This document shows positions 51,901 through 60,975 of a DNA stretch of 64,000 nucleotides, one piece after another. Source of the stretch: Azolla caroliniana (Eukaryota; Plantae; Polypodiophyta); contig JBHGNT010000005.1 in the NCBI GenBank assembly GCA_043228905.1, positions 1,240,001 through 1,304,000 of the forward strand, written 5' to 3'. Every line of letters begins with the position of its first letter. Position 1 is the stretch's first letter. The translations under genes and the position numbers were made by a program. The notes beneath the pieces were generated by a model. The model was not told the origin of the DNA, searched no databases, and saw nothing but the letters and a program-made list of their open reading frames with translations.

Positions 51901-53302
51901 TGGCGCAGTCGTACGGCCGATGATGAGGAAGTGTGTTGGCTTGTACTTTATCGAACACATCAGCATACTGACGATACTTCTCGGGAAGTTGAACGGTGGA
52001 CTCCTCTTTGGTGGTGCTGGAGGGTTGTACTGATATTGCAAAGAGAAACATTTCCTCCTTGCGCCCTTCCTCACGCAACTGACGTAGCGAAATGGTTGCA
52101 ACCTTCTGGGTAGATCCTTGGGTTTGTCGCAACCGGATTTCCCTTGTCCTCCAATCTATGTCTGGGTCATGTAACTCGAACCATGGTAATCCTAAAACTA
52201 TGGGATGTTCTGGAATACTAATAATATTAAATGATACTACACATGTTAAGTTATCTAGGACAATATTAACGGGTTCCGACTCTTCTATGATATTACCAGA
52301 AGCAATGGGACGACCATCAATGACTACTACTGAGGCTGGACATGGGAGCTTTCTGAGAGATATCTGATGAGCTCGGGCAAAATTCCTATCCATGAAGCAA
52401 GAATTAGCTCCGGAATCTAGAAGGGCTAAGGTATGTACTGGAGGGGTACTTACTGGAGGCGCATTATGTGACTCCCTTTGAAAAGGTTTCGCTACCATTG
52501 AGGCATAGGTAGGCTCGGATCTTGCCCTCGGCATCTGAAATTGTCGTTCCGAACGTCGCTCGAAGAGGCGGTTGTCACATCTGACCGCTCGACTGATTGC
52601 TTCTGTTAATGATTTTGGCTCTTCAGGGAAAGTCAAGAGTAAATCCTTGACATCGTTGCGTAGACCATAGCGGAACTGCTCCATCAATGCTTGATCATCC
52701 CAGGGGATATCGGCGGCGAGTAGGCGGAAATCTGCAGCATATGCGGAGGCTGGACGGTCACCTTGGCGTAATCGCCGGATTTTGTTGATTGCAGTCCTTA
52801 TGCTGTCAGTATCTCCAAAACATGCTTTAAACTCACTTATGAATTCTTCAAAATTATTTAGTACTGGAGATTCCTTTTCTAGTAGCGGAGCGAACCATGC
52901 TAATGCTGAGCCATTTAACAACGTGCCTACTAAACCCACTCGTGATGCATCGGTGGGATATCGGGACGGATGCATTTGAATAACTAACCGTACCTGGTTA
53001 AGAAACCCTCTAAACTGCGATCGCGTTCCATCGAACTTCGTGGGAAGGCCAATCTTGGGTTCTTTATGAATCCCTTGTGCTCCGTGCCCTTGTTGTTGCA
53101 TTGCTACGATGGTTGCTTCGAGTTGTTGCACGCGTAACGCAAGTTCCCCATGCTGTTGTTGCGTTTGCTGCTTTTCTAAGGAAATTTGCTGAAGATCCCC
53201 CAACAAGCGTTGATTTTCTTGTTCCAAAGCATGAAACTTCTCTTTCAAGCATTGAAATTCCGAGAAAACGGATTGATACTCTTCAGCGCTAACGGTGGCC
53301 AT
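48989..53302 (-). CDS. pol: Fused Gag(delta)-Pol polyprotein, 1437 aa: capsid, PR, RT, RNase H, integrase, chromodomain
   Basis: Uninterrupted ORF with DSGA, YLDD, ADAS...E...DHKNL...AD, DDE, GPF and YEVAAILDS...YLVDWLGY...TWEP. Lacks 440 bp present in copy 1 (47082-47521). Confidence 0.95.
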   Translation of the reverse strand: MATVSAEEYQSVFSEFQCLKEKFHALEQENQRLLGDLQQISLEKQQTQQQHGELALRVQQLEATIVAMQQQGHGAQGIHKEPKIGLPTKFDGTRSQFRGFLNQVRLVIQMHPSRYPTDASRVGLVGTLLNGSALAWFAPLLEKESPVLNNFEEFISEFKACFGDTDSIRTAINKIRRLRQGDRPASAYAADFRLLAADIPWDDQALMEQFRYGLRNDVKDLLLTFPEEPKSLTEAISRAVRCDNRLFERRSERQFQMPRARSEPTYASMVAKPFQRESHNAPPVSTPPVHTLALLDSGANSCFMDRNFARAHQISLRKLPCPASVVVIDGRPIASGNIIEESEPVNIVLDNLTCVVSFNIISIPEHPIVLGLPWFELHDPDIDWRTREIRLRQTQGSTQKVATISLRQLREEGRKEEMFLFAISVQPSSTTKEESTVQLPEKYRQYADVFDKVQANTLPHHRPYDCAIDLQPGKEPPWGPIYNLSPTELEVLRAYIEENLENGFIRHSKSPAGAPIFFVKKKDGSLRLVVDYRGLNKVTVRNRYALPLISSLLERINGARFFTKIDLRGAYNLVRIRPGDEWKTAFRTRYGHFEYTVMPFGLTNAPAVFQHMANDIFRDLLDDFLIIYLDDLLVYSKTQEEHDSHVLLVLKRLREHGLYAKLEKCSFGCNQVEFLGYVISSEGISMDPAKVKTVIEWHTPRSVRDVQCFLGFANFYRKFIQNYSKIVLPLTQLTRKGQSFIWSKETDMAFESLKKAFTSAPILGHVDPEKPFIIEADASDFALGSILSQQGNDEKLHPVAFHSRKFDAAEINYEIHDKELLAIVDSFMQWRHFLEGSPHQVTVFSDHKNLAYFQDARVLNRRQARWAHFLTRFDFKITYRPGKHQGKADALSRRSYLTPRPGEPAFDNQKQVILGPARLQAAQIFDMPVDSDITNTIREDLKTDAFAQAILAQIDPSRASCSQSQSPGTDYRQFKYCDGLLFFKELLYVPNGSCRLRVVQNCQDTYTAGHFGSTKTLDLVQRSFWWPRMRQFVEDFVRTCDTCCRAKMPRHHPYGLLEPLPIPSKPWQSIALDFITDLPVSKGFSAILTVVDRYTKMAHFLPCTKEISSEDTAEIVMREVCRHHGLPDNIISDRGPQFVSKFWKHLFKMLKVTCNLSSGYHPQTDGQAERTNQTLEQYLRCFLNYHQNDWADILPFAEFAYNNAIHASTKVTPFYAYTGYHPRWCVLETPEVSTNPCAEDRLERLRKIQADLSTQLQQAQQSHKDYADRHRLPSSFNIGDRVWLLRRHIKTTRPCEKLDYRRLGPFRIIGKINDVAFRLELPPQLRIHPVFHSSLLEPYHESTIPGRTIQPPPPIELEDGPEYEVAAILDSKIVRNKLYYLVDWLGYSPSERTWEPIENVTNARALLEDFHRRYPEKPGPQSKTTRETRRFKGGIVS

Positions 53303-53377
53303 GGGATGAAGGAAAAGGGAAATAAGAGACTAGTAGGAAAGGAGAGAGACAGAAGGAAGAGGGAGACTAGTAGGACA

Positions 53378-54142
53378 AACTATCATCAGAATGACTGGGC
53401 AGATATTCTTCCGTTCGCCGAATTTGCCTATAATAACGCTATCCACGCATCGACTAAAGTCACGCCATTCTACGCTTATACGGGATATCATCCCCGGTGG
53501 TGTGTCCTTGAAACCCCAGAAGTGTCCACAAATCCTTGCGCTGAGGATCGTTTGGAGCGGTTACGCAAGATACAAGCGGATTTATCTACTCAACTCCAGC
53601 AAGCTCAACAATCACACAAGGACTACGCAGATCGTCATCGACTTCCATCCAGTTTTAACATTGGAGATCGGGTGTGGCTGCTACGACGACACATCAAGAC
53701 TACTCGCCCATGTGAGAAGTTAGATTATCGACGATTAGGTCCTTTCCGTATTATCGGGAAGATTAATGATGTCGCTTTTCGTCTCGAGCTACCTCCGCAA
53801 CTTCGGATACACCCGGTGTTTCATAGTTCTCTCCTCGAACCCTATCACGAGAGCACTATCCCAGGACGTACTATACAACCTCCACCTCCTATCGAGCTCG
53901 AAGATGGACCTGAGTATGAGGTCGCTGCCATCCTCGATTCCAAGATTGTTCGCAACAAGCTCTACTATCTAGTCGATTGGCTAGGATATAGTCCCAGCGA
54001 GCGTACTTGGGAACCGATCGAGAATGTGACCAATGCTCGTGCTCTTCTAGAAGACTTCCATCGACGATATCCCGAGAAACCGGGTCCTCAATCCAAAACG
54101 ACTCGTGAAACTCGTCGTTTTAAAGGGGGGATAGTGTCATAA
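53378..54142 (+). pseudogene. pol: Second, sense-oriented copy of the integrase C-terminus + chromodomain
   Basis: Reverse complement of 48989-49753 with two synonymous differences seen (~53542, ~53722). Followed by PPT AAAGGGGGGATAG (54122-54134). Confidence 0.93.
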
Positions 54143-54424
54143 CTAGACTCGAACCCATAACCTTTTGTTACACGGGTCGAGACTTTACCATTAGGTTATG
54201 AGTTGTAATTTGAAGGATATTATTTTCATTTAGGTTTTATTAGGAAATTGATGTATATTCCAGATTTCTCTGGAACATTCTAGAAACTTCAGGAGTATTC
54301 CTGAAGACACTATAAAAGGAGGCGCAAGGCATTAGTTCGAACCAAATCGGTTCAACGCCAGTCTTAAGCCTTCTAACTACTGTTGTATATCTTCCGTCAT
54401 ATAATACATATATCTTTCGCATCA

Positions 54425-54468
<44 letters not shown>

Positions 54469-54601
54469 ACTCATTCCTTCTCTCAAAGTTCGACACCTCT
54501 CATAGTACTAATCCTTCTCTGTCTTAGTACTATTCCCCAACAATAGTACTAATCCTTCTTTTAGTACTAATTCCTTCTCTGCCTTAATAGAGTTCCTGAC
54601 A
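54135..54601 (+). repeat. LTR-C (467 bp)
   Basis: Appears identical to LTR-A apart from one CT unit. Confidence 0.97.
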
Positions 54602-55973
54602 CCTCCCTTCGATGTCGACCCCAAGAGGTGTCTCGTACTAGCCATCACTGAAGTGCACCGTTTTTAGCTATAGGTACTTACATTAAGTAGTTAGTCCGAA
54701 AGGCGATGTAACTAGTCTCCTTTTCTTGAACCTGATCGGAGGGAGATTCCTTGTTCTATGTATAAGCCTCCTTGTACAGTCTCTTTGTAATAATCCTTGA
54801 ACTTGATCGGAAAGTAGCTTCATTTTGGAAAAAAAAAACACACTCACAAAACTTTGAAAAAATGGTTGATTACCAATATAGTTTAAAAAAAAAAGAAGTG
54901 AAGCTCATTTTTGTGAATTCCAAAATATGCTTCAAACGACCTTTGTGGTTCATAAGAATGATAAAGGAAGACATGAGTTCAAGCCTTGGCCTCACTTGTC
55001 TAACATGATGGAATCCTTTGTAATTAATAATGCTAACAATAAAATGGTTCTTGTATTTTCTTGTGAAAAAGAAGAAGAAGAAAGAAATGAGGGTAGGCAT
55101 TGCATTGGATAATTTCGTTATGTAAACAACATGAAGTCAAGGAGACAATGGATGGAGACTTCGCAACACTTGAGGTAATGCACATTATATTTGAATAGAA
55201 ACAACATTTGTGTAGGAAATAGAGGATATAGAAATATTTGATATTTTTTCATCGTAACAAGGCGGTGACAAGGTATCCCTCTCATGGACATAGATGAACA
55301 ATTTTTTATTGAAACAAAAGCTAGCATTTTTTTTTCCCAAAAAAAAGAAGCATGTTGTGCATTACTTAGATAGAAAAGAAATTTGAGGACATAAAACAAT
55401 GTCCTGGAGATGTAAATCAATTTTAATATTGAATGGACTCACTCCCTAGCATCTAACAATAGAAAAGAAAAGATTTTAAAGTCGTAAAGTAAACAAAGGA
55501 ATGGAAATACAAATCAAATTTGATTGTGGATGCAATGGGAAAGTAGCTCCTTTTTTGGAAAATTATGATTGTGGATGGACTCACTCCCCAACTAAATAAA
55601 GAATGGGGAAATTCAGGAATTTAGACCAAACTAAAGAAGCAAGAAGCGAAAGAAAGTGGGCAATTTATAAAGTATACCAATAACAAAGTTTCTACAATAC
55701 AAAAACAAAATTACATGGTTCACACAATTTTAGTAATGTTGTATTCATGTACTTTTTCTTTTCTTAAATGACACTCTCTCTTTTTTGAAAAAATATCCTC
55801 CATTGGTATTGAAATTACAGTGGCCAGAGGCAATATACAAAAAACCAGTCCAATAGTCCAATCTTTCTAAGTTAAGATAATTACATTTCACACACCCTCG
55901 AGTTGTATTCTCTCATAAAGTTTGAGAGCTTCATCTCCATTTCCATGCTCAACATATCATATCCAGTAAATCA

Positions 55974-56160
55974 GTGTAGGAGAACTATCATCTCTCATTC
56001 AGCTTCAATCTTGCCCTTATTATCCAACAAAACTATTCCTGTGTAGGAGAGTTATCATCTCTGATTCAACTTCAATCTTGCCCTTATTTTACATACATGT
56101 GTAGGAGAACAATCATCTCTTATTCAACTTCAATCTTGCCCTTATTATCCAACAAAAGTA
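55974..56160. repeat. Three ~60-bp tandem repeats
   Basis: GTGTAGGAGA..ATCATCTCT.ATTCA.CTTCAATCTTGCCCTTATT occurs three times. Confidence 0.88.
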
Positions 56161-56189
56161 ATCTTGTATTAGATGTTAAATGCATGAAT

Positions 56190-57100
56190 TCTACCATGTC
56201 AACTGATTTGGTCGTAAATCACCATCAAGAAGGAAGAATGCTACAGCAAGATCACGACAATGTTTTCCATTAGAACATATGCATTTTACTACAACAACCT
56301 GTTTTTTCCAGTCTTGAAAATCTCGAGTTATAAATACATACAAAACTTTATCCTTCTCATATTGGTGGAGGAAATACCCAGAGTGGTGGCTAATACCTCC
56401 AACGTATACCACCATTAACCATGCAGAATACCTTCATCCTTTCCCATCTCTTATTAAAAACCTCTTGCTTTCAAAAGACTACATCTGAAATCACCTTTGA
56501 TATCATCATATTCTCCTTTTAGTGTATGCACCAAGGTCACCCAAATCTCCTTGACTACATCCACAACATTCCACTGCATTTGCTGAAATATCCTTCGACA
56601 TCAACTAGTCCACAAAACCCATATGATTATTGAACTAACCGTCTCCCAAACCACTCCATTCTGGAGTGAATTAATAGGCATACATGGCGATACTTCCTCA
56701 ACATATTGACCTCTTGTATATAATGCAAATGTAACCTTTTCTTTTTCGTAATCTTGTACCTCACCCTTAATATCAACCCACATCTATGCCCCCCATTTAT
56801 ATACTATAGAGCCATAAACCTCATGCAAGAGACGTAAAAATCTTTTCCAAACCAATTTGGCAACCATAGATGACCAGAATAGGTGATGAAGTGGCTCCAC
56901 TTCTAACCCACAAAAATCAAACATCTTATCCACTTGTTTACAATACATCCAAACCCTAATAGGAACCGCATAATGAACAATCAACCATCTAAATAGAATA
57001 ATCTTCTTTGGAATTTGCATAGCCCATAGCCATTTCCGAAATGTTGTCGTGTGAGTAAGATCCACATTATAAGTCAACCATCTTAAATGACACACTTAAT
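56190..57100 (-). mobile_element. Decayed L1-type LINE ORF2 3' fragment
   Basis: zf-RVT-like WLWAMQIPKKIILFRWLIVHYAVP...FCGLEVEPLHHLFW and IIIWVLWTS; frameshifted. Confidence 0.75.
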
Positions 57101-58642
57101 CTCATTTTGTGTCGTTTGTCCACGAAGTTGAATGTAATGGATTGTTAACATGTTGGCCTGGTTGATTGGTCATGTTGAGTATGGCCTCTAGATGAATTTA
57201 ATATGACCCTTTTTATTTCTGTCTCATTCTCCATAATCTCTCTTTCCCCAACTCTCTACAAAACTCTAGAGAAAGGGAGGGATATATATTATATTATTGT
57301 CCTTGATGTGGTATGAATTATTATTGTAGTAGTATGTGTGGCCTTGATAACCGACACTTCATGTTCAACAGTTTTACAAATGAATGATGCATCTAAGAGT
57401 GCACAATGTGACATTGGTGTCACATCCCATTGCCCTACGTCACATCTATTAGTATTTTGATAAAATATGAAGAATAATGGGCATTGCATGTTCAAAAATG
57501 TTAAGGGTCATGCTTCTAATATTGTAAAGGAAAAGCTCCAAAAATACCCCAAAATTCTCTTTATTTTCCCACATGCATCTTTATATTTGACATTTCTCTT
57601 AATAACCTTGGTGAATGCCCGAAAGGGGCAAAACAAGGAGCAATTGACTATATAATTGCTTTTTCCAGGGAAAATACACACACAAAAAAAGAATATGAAT
57701 GCAAGTTGTACTTATCTAAGTAGGTGTAAGAGTGACGGTTAGGGTTATAGTCGACATGGTTTGAAAACGAACTAACAAATCTAAATTTCCTTATTAATGT
57801 GGTTCCTGGATTGTAACCATCCTCCATTTACTTTTTATTTAATAGTATTCACGAACATAATGCTTATGTTTAGTCGCCACCACTAAGTCTGAAACCCTTG
57901 GCTCAAATGCTAGCAACACATTATCGATCAAAGGCGTTTCAAAGTAAAAGCAAAGAGCTAGATAATGATAAAGACGGTGAGAGAAACCCTCTAGCAAGTT
58001 CAAAATCCATGAACTACATTAATATGGAAGTTTCAAATTTGCGAACACGTTGATATGAACAAATGTCTCTAATTTTTCAAACTTTTTTACGAACGCTTTT
58101 TTCAACTAGAAATTAAAGCTTTGCAAGTCATTTGATGCTAGCAAAATGTATTGAATCAATACATGTTTCTTGAGTTTGGCAATACATTTTGATTGGCCAT
58201 TTCTAGGAAATTTATTTGTCCTATATTTACATTTACCAATATCATGCATTTGCGGAATGAGTATAATTAACATCTCTATCGATGTGTACATCCCCTTATG
58301 GACGTATGTATACATCTAAAACAACACAAAAAAAACTTATTGACTCCTATAAATTATTACAAAACTATTGTGAATTGTTGTTCAAGAAAATGATGATGGG
58401 AATTAGGGATGAAAATAGTTTGGAGTTCAACATCAAGAAGCATGCCATGTGTGCCATATAACAATAAACGCGAAATTTCAAAGCCCAGTTGAAAAATGAG
58501 AGAGGTGTTTAAAGGTGTGAAAATGACACAAATAAGACTAATTTGGCCCCCCCCACCCAGATTATGGGGTTTAAAACTTGTTATATATAAATATATTTGT
58601 ATATATCTGATGTTAAGTGTTGGAGAATAGGTTATAAGTGGG

Positions 58643-59797
58643 TCACTTTGCCATGGACAGCTTACAATGAGCAATGGCACCTTGGATGGAAGCATGGAGT
58701 TCATAATGCATGCTCCCTAGGGAATGAGAAGATGGAATATTTACAAGATTGGACTTTCGAGAAGTGGCGATGGCATTGCCATGCTTCCTAGCGGGCACCC
58801 CCTTTAACGAGAAAATGTTGAGCTTGATCCCTTCATAGGTTTGCCAATACCTCTTGTCCTTCACTTGCTTCATAGGCACCTTGTGGGTTTGACCGGGGTT
58901 CATAGCACCAGGATTAGGTCTAGTGGCATGCGGGTCTGGGCCGGTAACGAATCGTGGGTCTACATGGGCTCGTGGGTTGACATTGGTGCTAAGGACATCC
59001 ATATGGTTGTTCCATATCTTGATGGGCCTTTTGGCCAACACATGTCTCCACTTCATCCCAAAGCTCAAAGGCCTATTGCCATGGTGGACCAGGCCACAGG
59101 TCCGAGCCTTACCAGCATTTCCATGCTCACACTCCTCAATCTCTGACTCGCCTGCCATGCTTCTCCTCATCTTCCTCACGAAATCGGAGCAGAGATATGC
59201 ATCAGACTCATGGCTGCTGCATAGCCCTGCACTGATCCTAAAACTAGCCCCACTATGGTTAGAGCTAGGGGCCTTGATGGACCGATTTGCACTACCGATC
59301 TTGGCTGGAATTCCAGCTGTGCAGGCTCTCTGATGATGAGTGGTCGCCCTTAGTCCACCCACATGAAGGTCGAATCGCGCGGAATTAGAAGTTGCCCACC
59401 TGTCACTGGCGATCGGATCCTTCATTACTCTGCAGGAATTGAATTGGAAGTCATTGATCCTCAGGATCGATGCAATGGTGAGGTTTCCTGCGTAGAGGAA
59501 GCTGTCTTCTTCTTCATCTTCTTGAGCGAAAGCCTCGTATAAGCATACCCTCTGTGGCTGCTTCATCCGATCGGAATCTGAGTTAAGAGGGGAATCGCGG
59601 GTAATTAGAGGGGCAGGATTAATAATATCAGAATCTGGATTAAGACGAATATCTCGGGTGATTATTGGAGGATTAACATCAGATTCTTGGGCGATTAACG
59701 ATGGGGGATCTGGATCAGCCTTAACGGAATCTAGGGGGATTAAGGGGGGATTAAGATGAGAATCTGTGGGGATGAATCCAGGATCTGATGCCGTCAT
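58643..59797 (-). CDS. BKI1/MAKR-like membrane-associated kinase regulator, single exon, 384 aa
   Basis: C-terminal SMHYELHASIQGAIAHCKLSM matches the MAKR/BKI1 IQGAIAHCKxS motif. Basic patches (KWRHVLAKRPIK, KQVKDKRY). GC-richer than flanks, with a TATA-like TATAAA on the minus strand at ~59909-59914. Confidence 0.82.
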   Translation of the reverse strand: MTASDPGFIPTDSHLNPPLIPLDSVKADPDPPSLIAQESDVNPPIITRDIRLNPDSDIINPAPLITRDSPLNSDSDRMKQPQRVCLYEAFAQEDEEEDSFLYAGNLTIASILRINDFQFNSCRVMKDPIASDRWATSNSARFDLHVGGLRATTHHQRACTAGIPAKIGSANRSIKAPSSNHSGASFRISAGLCSSHESDAYLCSDFVRKMRRSMAGESEIEECEHGNAGKARTCGLVHHGNRPLSFGMKWRHVLAKRPIKIWNNHMDVLSTNVNPRAHVDPRFVTGPDPHATRPNPGAMNPGQTHKVPMKQVKDKRYWQTYEGIKLNIFSLKGVPARKHGNAIATSRKSNLVNIPSSHSLGSMHYELHASIQGAIAHCKLSMAK

Positions 59798-60403
59798 AAT
59801 AGTAAATTAAATTAATTGGAATCCAAATGTAATATGTAATGGAAGTACAGGGAGAAGGGAGAACTGGGGTTTTCCACGACGGACTAGAAATGCGTGGCTT
59901 TTCCAGGATTTATACGTCCTAGGAAAAATAGAAATAAATAAATGAAAGGGGGGGGGGGGGTGGGAACAGAATTATAATTTCTGCAAAAACACAAACACAT
60001 AATTATTTATCGAGACACTCGATCCGTTATTTAAATAATTAAAATTTGCCCAAATAAAATAAATGCGTGTATCTCAGTTTTGATAAGACGTCGTGGTGTC
60101 TCTCTCTCGCCCTCATTTTAGTTTTTTATTTTTAAATATCTACATATGTATATTTATCAATCAAATCAGTTCAATCATTTTAGTGCAAACACAAAATAAT
60201 CTCCAGTTTACATGTATGTAATAATTCAAAATCAAATATTTGGCTTTAAAAAAAATAACAGCGTTGCTTAACCAGATTTCGGTCGAACAAAAGGGCCCCA
60301 CAAAATCTTTCCTCTGTTTTCGAACTCAGCAGAATACGTTTATACTATCTATATCCTGCGAGTTACCCCTCCTGTTTTATAAAATTCAAAAATATACCCT
60401 TCA

Positions 60404-60447
<44 letters not shown>

Positions 60448-60597
60448 GATTTTGAACATGTCCAAAAGCATTTGGTCTTGAGGTTTCTTGAAGTCGAGCC
60501 ACCATGATACTCTCACTTCTACATCTCAAAGACCGTATACATCAACTTCTTGGAATCGCACTCAAAGCAAGTAAAAATATTCAAAAAAGGTAGAGAG

Positions 60598-60975
60598 TAC
60601 ACTCATTTTGTTTTTGTAGGTACAAGATTTTGGTGATAATCGGCAACAACGAGATGGTTGATGTGGACTAAATGAAGCAGATTGTTTGTTTTTTATCAGG
60701 ATGAGTGATGATGGAGTGGGGGCCGAAGCATATCACGAGGAGATGAGGAAACTTTATAGACTCATTTTGTTGTTGTTTGTACAAGATTTTGGTGGTAATC
60801 GGCGAGATGGTTATGCGAACTGAATGAAGTAGATTTTATGTTTTTGAGAAGGATGAGTGATGTTGGTGTAGGGGTCGAAGCATATTTTCATGAGGAGATG
60901 AGGACACTATATCCATTTTGTTGTTGTAGGTACAAGATTTTGGTGGTAACCATCGAGATGGTTGATGTGGAAACA
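60598..60975. repeat. ~150-160-bp tandem repeat, about 2.5 copies
   Basis: CATTTTG...GTACAAGATTTTGGTG.TAA...CGAGATGGTT at ~60600, ~60760 and ~60912. Confidence 0.85.

Larger units (their letters stand above)
45383..54601. mobile_element. Rearranged Tcn1-like chromovirus (Ty3/gypsy) insertion, 9219 bp, three LTRs
   Basis: Outer direct LTRs and 5-bp TSD CCTCC (45378-45382, 54602-54606). The interior is mostly inverted. Confidence 0.96.
43714..54838 (+). mobile_element. 5'-truncated L1-type LINE split into three pieces (43714-44430, 45296-45382, 54607-54838) by two LTR insertions
   Basis: zf-RVT region KIKLFWWQISHNVVPVGEWL...CPLCHSPIETLTHCLWD and LWYVWKARC. The frame continues across the solo LTR (WRNT-PMVAQGGSGPRWNYQPP). 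A-tail at 54829-54838. An uninterrupted paralog of the 3' end lies at 32-341. Confidence 0.85.

Noticed and set aside
53186-54142. 318-aa ORF as an independent chromodomain gene
   Set aside because: Chimera of antisense gag/leader (TTG start) and the duplicated integrase end across the 53374-53378 junction.
45383-54601. Simple nested insertion of one element into another in opposite orientation
   Set aside because: The inner segment has only one, central LTR and no TSD of its own, and its ends are microhomology or filler junctions, not TG...CA termini.
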